A DNA stretch of 43,654 nt, the filler included, from Jimgerdemannia flammicorona (taxonomy: Eukaryota): the NCBI GenBank assembly GCA_003990765.1. It is 2 parts of 2 records of this genome, joined end to end, with 100 filler letters (N's around TTAATTAATTAA, not from the genome) between each part and the next. Parts side by side here need not be neighbours in the genome. Positions count along the whole stretch, not along the records: positions 21,879 to 43,654 come from RBNJ01001397.1; 1 more part is not named here. One strand, written 5' to 3'. Below are positions 22,672-36,002 of this stretch, piece after piece. The position numbers were made by a program, and so were the translations under genes. The notes under the pieces were generated by a model. It was not told the origin of the DNA, ran no database searches, and worked only from the letters and a program-made list of their open reading frames with translations. Numbering within the stretch: position 1 is the stretch's first letter; each line of letters opens with the position of its first letter.

Positions 22672-25034
22672 TGTAAGCGCACAACCTCCAAGCCACCGAA
22701 ATTACACGTCACCCTCTGAACAAGCCACTGAAATCACACGCGACCTCCGAACAAATCTGGAAATCACCTGCTTGATCATGAAGCTGAGTCAAACCGAAGT
22801 CACAGTGCACAAAGCTAAGTCAATATGAAGTCATGGAACACAAGATCTATACAAACGGAACCTTACCAATCAGGACCAAATGCATATATACTGAGCACCG
22901 AGACGCGTCGAATCAGAGAACCAAAACAAACAACAACTACAACTTCCAAACACACAAATATGACCACTGAGATCTACAACCACATCCGCGCTGACATTTG
23001 GAATACCATTGTCAACCGAGCCACACCCCCTCTGCCTCTCATGAATATCCATAGCCTGGCCCCCCTCTACTTCGTGGAAGCCCGATGGAATGCCCTGAAC
23101 ATGCTTAGCGAGGCCCACCGAATCGGACAAATCTCAAGCTACTATCAGATCGGCTGCCTCCTAGAAGACATGGTCGAACACCACCATGATACAGACATTA
23201 CGCAGATGTCTCAACACCAGAAGCTCATCGCCCGCAAACATCGAGAACTCTTCTATGAGTACAACACCTTTATTCCCTGCCTCCGAGTTACTACCAGCAA
23301 AATGGTTGCTACCCTGTCCTATGACCAAATCGATGACATGATATAAGAAATCAACCACAAGTACCTTGAGTATGTCGAAACCACAGACAGAACCACCTGC
23401 ACCTGTCATCATTAATGATCAAGAAGAATACAAAGTTGAACAAATCCTCAACAAAAATAGCCACAAGAACCATCCAAATGGTACAACAACACCAGAACAA
23501 ATTAGAAGGCCCCGACGAGGACGTCGAAAGCTAAGAAGGGGAGAGTTGTAAGCGCACAACCTCCAAGCCACTAAAATTGCATAGTATCCTCAGAACTAAT
23601 TTGGAAACCACATGCGAGACTACAAAACAAGTTACCGAAGAGATCATCTGGTTACACAAATATGCCAGCAAGCATGAGAACCCACCACCAAGATACAAGA
23701 ATACTAGAAGAAGTACTACAACCATAAGACTGACTCTGAACCGCTATAGCTAGTTTGGTGTACTGTACTATTACAAAGAAGCCAAAAGTACCAAACTCAA
23801 ATCAAGATAAGAAGAACCCTATCTCACCCATCAAAAGGTTCACGAACTGTACTTATCAACTCAAGACCAAGATATACCATGACTATACAAGACCTCATTA
23901 CTTAGCAGAAGCAAAATGCATTTGAACAACTCTGTTCACTTTATCTGTGTCACCTCCATTGGAGAGTGACGGACACTTCATCTGAACTCAAGAAAGCCAA
24001 CAATGTCGAAACCAATCTCAAGCCATCCATGTGACAGATATTACTACTAGAAATTGCCTCGGATTACAGAAAATATCATTTCCGAGAGGTTCGAACCCCT
24101 AGCCGCGACATTGGGAGCTCTCGCCCTAGACGAGAATGGCCAGTCCTCGCAAATGTGCCAGTAGACCAAAAAAAAAGAGAACCAAGACCTGTTATCCTTG
24201 TACAACCACTGCCACCAAGGACAGCCTTACATAATCTTACAAGAGATAGACGTGACAACATCTTGAAAACTGATGATGTTAGAAAACTGCTCAAACTTTG
24301 CCAGTGATGATGTCATCAATAGTGATGTCATCAAGGACTAACCAGACAGTGCCTAAATCTATAAATAGCTTAGCAGTCATAAGTATAGATAGATTAGCCT
24401 TGTATGACGTGACTGTGAACTGACTCAGCAGTCAGACGATCTCTTGATATGTCAGATCACACTTGTACTACGTGACTGCATTCCGACTCAGCAAGGCACT
24501 TAAGTGCTACATCCGTATTTAGCATAGTCCAGATAGCCCCTCACTAGTATAAATACCCCCTCCCCCAGACCTCAGAATCTCAGACTCGAACACACAAGAA
24601 CATTTCTGAATACTTCCCCACAATACCCCTTCACACAAATACTCCTAGTATAGCAATATCATGAATAGCAAATAAACCTATTCCATAACCCACAAACTAC
24701 TCTTAAGTAAATCCGCTCTCTGTTAGGTCCTACTCCTAACCCCGTCACGAAATTTCCTAATTGGGTATTGTCTGCAGCGATACGCCGATTCAACTAAGCT
24801 GGTCTTAGTTTCTTGAACTTCCTGAAACACGGAAAATCCTGAACATCCAGAACTAGTCCGGAAAAGGACTTTGGTTGAGATATCAACCCGATCTTGAAAT
24901 CAATAAGCGTAGAGGACGTACTCCATACAAAATTGATCTTGACCATAAGAAAACGGTCTTCCAGAACATCCAGAATATCCAGAAAACCCTTCCAGAACTA
25001 CGTAACGATTACCCTAAAAAGTAACCCTCTTACA
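22672..25034 (+). mobile_element. Young family A LTR-derived composite with 5-bp TSD (partial LTR, chromodomain fragment, PPT, variant LTR from 23547)
   Basis: tgtaag...cttaca termini. TSD cttct at 22667-22671 and 25035-25039. Second LTR start tgtaagcgcacaacctccaagccac at 23547 after PPT aagaaggggagag. Many CpGs retained. Confidence 0.88.
24548..24676 (+). promoter_or_regulatory. LTR-A TATA box (TATAAATA 24548-24555) and putative polyadenylation signal (AATAAA 24671-24676)
   Basis: The TATA box is conserved in all LTR-A copies that span this region, downstream of the U3 ORF. Positions fit a U3/R organisation. Confidence 0.55.
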
Positions 25035-25705
25035 CTTCTAGTGCATTGATGCGGCAGGATGACAGGTCTCTGAAGTCTGAGACTCTAACATACTCCAAGT
25101 TGGAGATCGACCATGGTGCATGCCTGAAGATCTGATGGATCTTCTTTGCTGTCCTTGCCTCACATAGGTCTATGGGGGTGGCATCTTGTAGCTCTTGAGG
25201 GCTGGCCTGTGGGAACTCCCAGCAGAGGAGGTTTCTTATTTCATATTCCTGCCACATTTGGAGGCATTCAGTGGCAATGGTGATCCTTGTTTCCATTTCA
25301 CGATGGTAGAGGATAAAGTGATAAGGGTCTGCAGTACCCAGGTTGATGCTAGGAGTCCTTCTTGAGCGGATCCTCATGGCTCTTCTGATGTCTTGAAACA
25401 TCCTTTCCTCGACCAAGATACCTTGATGATTCCTTGACCTTGAGGTTTGGCGGGCAGCAGATATTTTGTTTGTGGTAAGTCTTTGAGCTATTTTGGGATT
25501 GGGGTTCTTGTTGACTGCTACTACTGCGGTTTCTTGATCCTTCTTTTATATTCTTCAGGATGCTTGTGCCATGGTTACAATGACTCACAGTTGGTCATCG
25601 TTGCTCATCTTGCATGCCGTATGATCTTCTTGTACTCTGATCTGGTGGCTTGTAAAGAAAGGCTGTCTTCTGTGCTGATGTCATCATTCTGGGATCACTG
25701 TTACA

Positions 25706-28700
25706 TTGAATATGATAGTTCTTTGAAGGTCTCAATTGTTAGAAATATATAATCTGTTCTTATAGTAGATAGTATTATCCTTTAGTTGATATTGGTGATA
25801 TTGGGAGTACTTATCAATATTATTACTGTTCAGGATTTCTCAGAGTATTTGAGCTTCTTTATCATTAGTATATATTGTGATAATTTATTCTATGATAGAG
25901 TTGGTAACCAAGGTGAGAGTTTGTATAACTTCTTTAATTAGTAGTTTGGAAATTACATCAGTAATAATATTCTCCTTACTAGAGTGATACTGGATTTCAT
26001 AGTTAAAATTAGTAAGGACTTTCATCTATCTGGCTTACTTTTAGGAAAAGATAGCCTGGGTCTTAATATTGACTAATAATTTGTAATCTATCAATATGAT
26101 AAAGTATACTTCTTTAAGATATAGTCACTATTTGATCAGAGTATCTATAATAACTAATATTTCCTTCTTATGAGTTATATAGTTGATTTCTGTATCATTG
26201 AACTTATAGGAGTAATAGGCCACAGAGTGTTCTTCTTACATAAATACTACTCCAAGGGCTAAATAAGAGACATTAGTAGTAACTTTACATAGTAGGGCAG
26301 ATTTGTCACTTAAAGTACTAGAGTGGTTATCAAGATATCTTTCAGTACTTGAAAGGCTGTATTTTATTTAGGTTTCCAATTTGCAAAATTATTAAAGCCT
26401 TTTTCTTATCTTATAGTCTAAAGCTATTCTTCTCTTTTACTATACTTGGTTATTTGGATAAGGTCAGTAGCAATCTTGGTGAAGTTTGTAATAAATTACT
26501 GGTAATAGTTTACTAGTCTTAGAAATAACTAGAGGTCTTTTAACTTTTTGAGTCTGGACTATTTCTTAATTGTGGAGATTTTACTAAAGTCTACTTTAAT
26601 TCTATTGAGAGTAATAATATATCTAAGAAATTGAATTTCCTTCAAAAGAAATTCATATTTGCTGAGTTTTGCAAAGAGTTGATTTTCTTGGAGCTTTAAT
26701 AGTACTAGTTCAAGATATTCAAGATATTCCTCCAGAGTTTTGCTAAAGATCAGAATGTCATCAATGTAGATAACAACAAATTTGTCTAGAGATGGGTATA
26801 AGATAGTATTCATCAGTATCTAGAAGGTTGAAGGAGTATTAGTTAAGCCAAAAGACATAATCAGGAACTCAAAATATCTATAGTAAGTTTGAAAGGTAGT
26901 TTTATAAATATCTTCTTCTTTTATGATAATTTGCCAATAGCTATTTCATAGGTCAAAAGAGCTTATGAATTATGTATTGATTAGTCTATTAAATATTTCA
27001 TCAATTTAGAGTAGTGGGCAATAATTCTTGATAGTTTGTTTATTAAGGTCATGGTAATCAATATACATTTATAGATCTTCTTCTTTCTTGATAATAAAGA
27101 GAATTGGTATACCATATAGTAATATACTAGATCAAATGAATTCTTATTCTAAGAGTTCATCAATTTCCTTCTTGAGTGTATTAATTTCTCTAGAAGATAT
27201 ATGGTAGATTGACTTGAAGGCTAGCTTGGCATCTAGAATAGTCTTGATAGCATGGTCTATTACTCATTTAGATGATAGGACTTTTAGGAGTTTCTTTGGA
27301 AATATGTCTTGGAATTTCTAGATTAAGGGTCTAATATAGCTGTCAACTTTGAAAAAGTCTTCTTCAAGATTCTTGAGTTCTCCTTTGGATGACTATATAG
27401 AGATAGCAAAGAGAGAGCATTTCTTGGCCAATTTCTTGAGTTGTAGTTATTGATATAGGTGATCTTTAGGCCTGAGTCATAAGAACTGAGTAGATCTCTT
27501 TTATCTTGCAGTTTGAAATTGTGGCATTCTTTCTTAATAGTTAGAGAATGGTTTATCCAATCAATCATAGGATTCTCTTATTTTAACCATAAGGTCCCAA
27601 GGGTGATTTCATTGTCAGAAAGTGGTATGATTTGGAGTATAATATATATCTGGTAATCATCAATTCTGAAGAGTAGATTATAGACTTCCTTGCTAATAAT
27701 ATGTGAGGTTTCATCAGCTATAGTAACTGCTTGAGTTTGTTGTACTAGAGAGGTCAAGACTTTAAGTCTGTTGGCTATTTCCTCATTGATGAAATTGCTA
27801 GAGACACTGCTAATTATTATGATTTTAACAGATGCTCAATTAATAAAAGCTTGGAAAGCAAGTAATTTATCTGATTCAATGGTGGTAATTTTAGTTATAG
27901 GGAATTTCCTTCTATTGGTTCTCCTTTGGACCAATTTATTGATACAAGAGAAGCAATTATCAATCATTCAAAAAGAGTATATTCTAATACTATAGGGATA
28001 TTGACTACTTGGTATAAATTCATCTTCAATTTTCTTATAGAATTATTCCTCTTTATTTGTGGTAGATTGAGCTAGAGCTTTATTTGATGAGCCAAATCCT
28101 TTGAATTCTCAGATAGTAGGCGGTAGTTCAGAGACTTTCTTGACTGTCAGAGTTGACTCAATTTTTTTAATAGAATCTGAGTAATGCAAAAATCAATAGA
28201 GATCTTGAATGGTATCTAGCTATAGTTTTAGAGAGAATAATGATTTTGCCTATATAATGACTTCTTCTTCTACTGAGAGTCCTTTTAATGCTAGACTGCT
28301 GTAATAGTATATTCTTTCAACATATCTTTCAGGAATTTGAATACTGATCTCTATATAGACTTACTTGACTTTCTAGTTAGAAACTATAGCTTCTTTGACT
28401 ATATATATAGATCATATCCAGCTGCCTTTAGGCTTCCTTTGGTGGGGGCTATAGTAGTTGGTCTTAACTTGATAAAGTCTAGTATCTTGGTAGTCAGGTT
28501 GTTGAGATGATACAGAGTAGTAATAGTTACTTATATTACTGTTTAGGGTTTTTAGTTGGGGCAGACACTAGCCATATATCCTGTATTTCAGCAATAGAAG
28601 CATACTCTACTTCTTTGGAGTTTGTTTCTTTCTTCTTTAGTGAGTTTCTTAAAAGTACTTAGCAGGATGAGTTTAGAATTTCAAGGTATCCATAAGATAG

Positions 28701-29923
28701 ATATAGAGAGAGCTTGGGATGCTTTATATTTGAGTTCTTCTTTCTTGGTCTAAGTTTTTTTCTTATTGTTAAATTGTCTTTGAGGCAGAATTGGTCCAGC
28801 TATTAGAATTTACTTGACTATAGTCTTAATTCTTACCAGGCACCATTATTGGTAATCATAACCAACTGGGCATCCTTGTTCTCAGATCTTTCTTGTGAGC
28901 TATTCTGATAGTGCATCAAATAAATAGTCTGCTCTTATACTATTTTGTACTTCATTATTGATAATATATCCTAGGTCAATAGTATTCAGGAGTAACTTGA
29001 GCTTTGTATAGAAGGTTTTGAATTCCTCTTTGCTATATATATTAAATTTGAGATTATGGAGTCTTACTTAGGATTCAGGAATCAGAGTTTCACTGTAATA
29101 TTAAACAATCATAAGTTATTTGAGCCCAGGGGCTGCAGAGTAATCTTTATACTCAGGGGTATTATTTGCTACATTTTGGGTAATAACTACAGGTTGGGTG
29201 TCTTATGTGAGGGGTTTTTTTAGGAAGAGTTCACTACCATTTTTCAGCAGATTCTTGGAAGAATATAATAACTCAGTGAATATAAGCTGTGGTAGTAGCA
29301 AAGAGTTATTCCAGAGTGTAGTCTTGATTATTTGTCAAAAGACAGTTAGCAACTTGCTCATTGGTCCATTGATTGACTTCAAAATTAGTATCAACTATAT
29401 TAATAAAGAAGCTTTGGACTTCTTGTACAGTACTATTGAAGATAAATAGACTCAGACTTTTTGTAGATCAGGTCTGTTCAGCTAGGGTAGTAATGGTTGT
29501 TACCATTATGGCTATGTCTAAGATTTGTTTGTTTGTTATATTGTTTACTAGAGGTAGTTGAACTACTAGAAGTCGGGTTACTGATGTGACTTGAGGTATT
29601 AGTGCAAAGTATGATAGTGTTCTTTAAATCTATATAAGTTGCTGGAGTAACTATTACAGATCTAGTATAAGAGCTTGATAGATAACTGTCTGTTGTTTTA
29701 TAGATATATTTTGTCTTGAGAGAGGTATGTCTTCTTCAGTAGTATATTTAAGATTGAATTCAGTAAGATACTTCTTCTCCTCTTTGCTTAGGTCCTCTTA
29801 TAGTTAGAGTTATTCAGTATTAAAGTAGATAGTATCAGTTATATATTAGATTTCAGATAAGCTTAATTCAAAAACTAGTTCTGATTTAGTATTACTCTGG
29901 TTTCTGATAGGGTTATTACTGGG
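25706..29923 (-). mobile_element. Family A copy A3 internal region (gag, dUTPase ~28085-28490, PR, RT, RH, start of IN), more degenerate
   Basis: Collinear with 8666-12306 + 18846-19436. RT VVIYIDDILIFS at 26559-26813. dUTPase RGFKGFGSS and AAGYDLY. Confidence 0.85.
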
Positions 29924-30875
29924 TATAAGAGAGTTGCTTTTTAGGGTAACCATTATGTAGTTCTGGAAGGGTTTTCTGGAAGTTCTGGATATTCTAGAAG
30001 ACTGTTTTCTTATGGTCAAGATCAATTTCATATAGAGTACATTCTCTATGCTTATTGATTTCAAGATTGGATTGACATCTCAATTAAAGTTCTTTTAGGA
30101 ACTAGTTCTAGATATTCAGGATTTTTCATATTTCAGAAAGTTCAAGAAACTAAGACTAGCTTAGTTGAATTGGCATATTACTACAGACAATACCCAATTA
30201 GGAAATTTTATGATAGGGTTAGGAGTGGGACCTAATAGGGGGCAGATTTACTTCAGAGTAGTTTGTGGGTTATTAAATAGATTTATTCACTATTCATAAT
30301 ATTGCTATACTAGGAGTAGTTGTGTGAAGAGATATTGTGGGGAAGTGTTCAGGAGTTGTATTCTGATTGTTCAGATCTGAGATTCTGAGGTCTGGGAGAG
30401 GGGGTATTTATACTAGTGAGGAGCTATCTAGACTATTGCTGAATATGGATATAGTACTTAGTGCCTTGCTGAGTCAGAATGCAGTCATGTAGTATAAGTG
30501 TGATCTGATATATCAAGAGATCATCTGACTATTGAGTCAGTTTATAGTCATGTCATATAAGGCTAATCTAACTATACTATGACTGCTAGGCTATCTATAG
30601 ATTTAAATGCTATCTGGATAGTCTTCGATGATATCACTATCAATGGCATCATCTCTGATGAAGTAGTCATCTAGAAAAAGTTGTTTGCAGATTAATTCTC
30701 TTTATTTACTGAGATAGTAATACATTGAGACTTCATCACCATCCTACAGGATAGTATCATCTGTCTCATATGCTGGGTATAGAGTTGGTGGGCGAAGGAG
30801 CAGTGTATCATCTTCACTTTCATCAGATTTGCTATCTGCATACCTTCTATAAGTTATAGCACTATGAGTTACAGG
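29924..30875 (-). repeat. Partial family A LTR, abutting the A3 upstream ORF without a PBS and truncated by hAT copy 2
   Basis: tataag terminus at 29924. Matches 1404-2352 and 4908-5877. Confidence 0.82.
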
Positions 30876-31328
30876 TAGTGCTCTGAACGAGTCAATTCAA
30901 ATCAAATCTGGATTCAATTTGTCACATGACAGTTCGATCTGAATCTCAAATCCAAAGTCATCCGAATCAACTCAGATTAATCTGAATTGCTCCATCCGAA
31001 TCACCCCATCCGAATTGACCCATCCAAATCACCCATCCAAACTACCCCAATCCGAATCATTCAATCCAAATCACTTAATTCAAATCACTCAATCCAAATC
31101 ACTCAATCCGAATCACTCAATCTGAACCCTCCAATTCGAATCCTCCAATTTAAATCCTCCAATTTGAATTCTCCAATCCAAATCCTCATCCAAATCCTTC
31201 AACTGAATCCTCCAATCCAAATCCTCCACATGACTCATATGCCAGATGTATCTACAATACATTACACACACATGTATATACAACACACACACATGCACAT
31301 ATATGCACATGCAAACATACAAACACAT

Positions 31329-33893
31329 ATGTCGACAGATCAGTCTTCAACAGTTCACAGTACCAATAATGCTTCAAGTCAAACATCCCTGATAGTTCCA
31401 TACCTTTCATGCAATTCTCACTCCGAAATCTGGCAAGATAGGAGATGATGTTGTTTGTAATTATTGCAGGTAAAAAATTAAGATGTACTTATTGACTTGT
31501 TTGACATACATATGATATTATTTCATCCACCCCCATAAACTGCACCAGCCAGAAGTTCAAAATGCTTGGTGGTATGACCTCGAACATGAATCGATATATA
31601 AAAGACAAGTACTCTGACAAAATCAAAAAGAACATGGAGACAAATAAAATTGACATCCAAGCTGTGGTGGGTACATTTATCTGATTGTCCAACCATTTCT
31701 ATACCAACAATGCCATTTAATCAAAAATATTTAGCCATACTCTTTGGCAGAATTTCGAAATCAGCTCATTCACTGGATTGTATATATAGACCAGCCATTC
31801 ACAACCATCAAGAGTGATCAATTACATAGCATCTTTGGTCTCCTCAAGCATGATTTATATTTGCCAAGTGCTGATACTATTCATAAAGATGTCCTGGAGG
31901 CCTATAGGAAGGAGCACGACAATCTCTGCCAGACACTTCAGATAAAATAAGGGCAGTACCATGACCTTTGCAAGCTGAATTATATAAAAGAGCTCACCAA
32001 TTTAACCTTACATTTAATAAGTAGAATTCAGCAGGCAAAATTTCATTTACAATCGATACATGGACATTCCCTAATGCAATTTCATTTCTGGGCATTACTA
32101 GTTATTGGATTGACCTCGATTGGCAGCTTAAATCTCTCACCCTTGACTTTGTCAAACTTGCTGGCCCTCATTCTGGAGACAATATCGCAGATGATTTTAT
32201 TAGTTGTATCCAGGAGCTTGGGATCACAACCAAGGTAAAAAAAGGGGGGCTTGCCATCAGGTCAGCATTTTGAGGGAGGTCCTTAAACAGAACAGATTTT
32301 GTTGGTTATTTATTTTTGCATAATTCGCCAACCGAATATTTCAAGTACAGATTTTGGCCATTATGACGGACAATGCCACAAATAACTCAACATTTTTCCA
32401 AGCTTTACCAGCCAGCCTCAAACAGGAAAATGTGGCCTTTGGTGCAGAAAGCTACCATGTGCAATGCCAGGCCCACGTACTGAACCTTGCTGTTCAGGAC
32501 TATCTTACACACATAGACAAAACATCCAAGAGAGGAGGGGCCCTGAGTATAATTTCCAAGCTGTGCAAACTGATTGTGTCAGTCTGATCATCCCCACAAT
32601 GATGAGACAAATTCGCTGCACAGTGTAGGGCAATCAGTTTAGCCCCGAAAGAGCTTATATTGGACATCTATACATGTTGGAACTCAACATTTGCAATGAT
32701 CCAGCATGCACTAGAGTTTGCTGTGGTATGCATCCTTTTTTTCTTTGGTTGGCTGAAGCAACTGTTTCGGATGATAGAAGATTTATTTTAAAAAATTAAA
32801 AAAAAAAAAAAAGCCAATAGATTCAATGATGGCTGCCAACAAGGAAATATGGGCCAAGGCTCTAGGTAAAAGTGAGTGGGACATACTTAGGAATGTTGTC
32901 AGAGTTTTAGAAGTAAGTGGTGGTTGCTCTGGCTCTACACTCATTTTGTCTACCTCCACACAATACAACACCTCACTACATATAACTGCCAGTGTTTTGA
33001 TGATTGTACAAAGGATATAGTCAAACAAATGACCCTGACAATAAGCTCTGTGATACTAGTATATAACCTTCTGATTGACTGGCTAGAGGATAAGCTTGAG
33101 GATAGGCTGGAGAGTTGTGGTGATTTACAGTTAAGTCCAGATCAGAGAGATGCTGTAGAGGTTGCTCTAAGCAAGCTCAGGAAATACTACTCTCAAACAG
33201 ATACCGCTGTATACTCAATCAGTACTGGTATGTTGATGTCGGCATGTAGCTGTTGCCCCTTCCAAAACAGAGGAAATGCTGCAAAAACTCACTCTCCTTT
33301 TCTTTGAACAGTACTAGACCTATACTTAAAGCTACAATACCATAAAAATCAGGGCTGAGAGCAGCACTTCATTGAGAGAACCAAGTAGGCCATAATCGAA
33401 GTGTACTGGAAAAACTACACACTGCTGCAAGGTTCTGGCCGAAGTCCGGACGAATATGCCAAGAATTTCCTCTTGTCCTACATTTACTTCAGTAGAAAGA
33501 GGAAGAGGGAGCTATCAGTGGAAGAGCTGCCATCAATAGATGAACTCACCATTTATCTCACCAGCAACTGCATGATCCTGCTGGAGGGCATGGAGGTGCT
33601 CAACTGGTGGAAGGTGGGTTATCAGGTGGGCATTGTCAGGCAGGCATTGGGCCAATTTAACCCACCAATCTAACCACTGCTCTACCCACTGGGGCATGTA
33701 GCTGTGTCAAACAGACTTCTCCAGCCTGTATAGTATGGCTTGGGACTACCTGGCAATTCCTGCCTCCAGTGCTCCTGTCGAGCAGGTGTTCTCAGATGGG
33801 GTGGACCTTGTTGCCCCAAAGAGGTGTGTGCTGAATGCTGAGACAATCCAGGTGTGTATGTATCTGAAGTCTTGGTGGGGCTTGGGCTGCTAA
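31329..33893 (+). pseudogene. hAT transposase, intron-rich, degenerate (copy 2)
   Basis: BED CNYC...TSNMNRYIKDKY; FTIDTWT (first D); IMTDNATNN (second D); CQAHVLNLAVQ; WNST; MAWDYLAIPASSAPVEQVFS (E); CMYLKSWW. An 11-nt deletion at ~31436 frameshifts the BED exon. Confidence 0.88.
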
Positions 33894-34044
33894 AATTCAG
33901 CAGGTCCATGGATAAGTTAGTTGACCTTGTGGAATATTTAATACCTTTCAAATTAATACCTTTCAAAATAATAAAAAAGGAAAAAAAAACCTGAGGACTC
34001 GGCCTGGAGTTTGCAGCCCAAGTGGGGTGGGGTTGGCAGCAGCA

Positions 34045-34472
34045 GCAGAGGGAGTATGCAATATTTGTAGCCCTCAGCCAGCAGCAAGGGGTAGCCCTAA
34101 GCTGCCAGTGCCCGGGTTGGTGGGCAGGTCAGTGGGTCGGCAGAGGGAGTATGCAAAATTTGCAGCCCTCCGCTGGCAGCAAGGGGCAGCCCCAAGCCGC
34201 AAGTGTCCAGGTTGGGGGAGTAGGCAGAGGGAGTGCGCAAAATTTGTGGCCCTCTGCCAGCAGCAAGGGGCAGCCCCAAGCTGTCAGCGCCTGGGTCAGT
34301 GGGTGGGGTCAGTTGGCGGGTTGGCAGGTGCAGAGTCAGCAGAGGGAGTGCACAAAATTTGCGGCCCTCCACCGGCAGCAAGGGGCAGCCCCAAGCCGCA
34401 AGTGCGGGGCAGGCAGAGGGAGCATGCAAAATTTGTGGCCCTCTGCCAGCAGCATAGGGGCAGCCCCAAGCC
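34045..34472. repeat. GC-rich ~57-bp unit array, 5 copies
   Basis: gcagagggagtgcgcaaaatttgtggccctctgccagcagcaaggggcagccccaagc at ~34046, 34140, 34224, 34339 and 34413. Confidence 0.85.
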
Positions 34473-34752
34473 ACCAAGGAGTCCAGGGTGGAGGGTGCTT
34501 CTGGCAGTCAGAGAGTGTTTCCAGCAGTTGAAGTCACTGGTTCGGATCCCACGGGCACCCCAGCCCTGCACTGCAGCACCGCACCGGTGGCACTACAGAG
34601 CAGGGCCAAGGGGCCGGTAGGGCTCTGTATAATGACTAAGCTAGTGCTACATAAGAGGCGTCTGGCCCATATAAGACTGCCCAACCTGTACAAAATAGCT
34701 GCCTAACCCACACAAAATGGCTGCCTAACCCTCACAAAAGATTGCCTAACCC

Positions 34753-35982
34753 TCACAAAAACTGCTCCACCTGCTGGTCCCAGGCCTTGATGAGCCTATC
34801 ATTCATTGTGAGTGTGAGAACTGTTATATCCAAGCTCTCCTCGAAGGCAATGGTGCTGTAGTGGTCATGTGGTTGGAATAGGATGGCTGTGTTGGCTGCA
34901 AACGAGACCCCAAAACCATAGGTAAGGTCATACCAGACTCCACCACTGTCCTCCCAGGTTGGGCCCTTCCTTTCTGGGACATAAAACATTACTAGGGTGA
35001 CATTGTTGTCTGTGTGTGTGGGCAGAGAAAGGTTGTGCCTGACGTATCCTGATGTGATGTGAGCATATAGTTGAGTGAACTCATGGCCTAGGACCTCATA
35101 CTGCCAGGCTGTGCTGGTGGATGCCTGCCCTTAGTCTAGCCCTGGGAGCCCCAGCTTGGAAACCTGCCGAAATGGATGGCAACCAGTCAGTCCTTTTTGC
35201 ATGCAGGGGGACAGAAACCCCCCAGGCTGCAGCACCCCAAAAAAGTGAAGCTCCTTACCTCATATGGTATACTAAATTACACCAAGAATATATGTACAAC
35301 CGCACTGAGATTACCACCAAGCTGGCCTGCTGTACGCTCTATCAATCTGCTCAAAGAACCCCAGATCATAGCCACCATCGCCACACAGGCCGTGTCATGC
35401 TCGCATGCAGTTTGCTCTTCAATGGCACTTCTAAAGTTCCAGTAGGGGTACAGAATCTTGTGCATCCCTGGAATTGTATTGAAAAGAGTATGTTGGCAAA
35501 GAGTGTAATTTATCTGGGAAGAGGTTAAAAAAAGAGAGATGAGTGTGGGGGATTTTGGAACTCTGAAACCCACCCTTCGCCAGTGTTGCAGTATATCCAA
35601 TTCCCGTCTAAACCCCCCCTCCTTGCTTTTTTTGCTCCCTCTTTCCTGCTACCCAGTATTTGACACAATCCTCACAAATCTTATTGATGTGGCAGCAAAG
35701 CTTGTTACCATAGAGGTTCCTTACCACCATTGCAACCACCTCTCCATATTCGTTAATAAATATATAGTTCTCTTCATCATTGGTTACTCCTGCTGGCCAA
35801 TGGACTCCTTGGTTGAGTATGATTGGCTCTGATTTGAATGTAGACCCCTAAGCCTTGATGACAATGCTGGTACTGCTCATGCTGAACATCTTGCCCTCAA
35901 ATTTCTCTATTTGATCAGACACTGGATGTAGTTGAACTCAGGTAACTTTGAACTCTCCTTTCCAATGGAACTGAGCCCTGAT
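34753..35982 (-). pseudogene. TET/JBP-like 2OG-Fe(II) dioxygenase (copy 2)
   Basis: ...YAHITSGYVRHNLSLPTHTDNNVTLVMFYVPERKGPTWEDSGGVWYDLTYGFGVSFAANTAILFQPHDHYSTIAF...RLIKAWDQQVEQFL*. Introns gtgggt..cccag and gtaagg..ctgac..cggcag. Confidence 0.72.
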
Positions 35983-36002
35983 CTGAGGGACCAAGATAAG
36001 TA

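Larger units (their letters stand above)
21879..25705 (-). repeat. Family B LTR copy 2, interrupted by a family A insertion and itself inserted in the integrase region of copy A3
   Basis: Matches 20167-21582 after removal of 22672-25034 and one TSD. Right flank resumes in family A pol (compare ~8666 onward). Confidence 0.82.
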
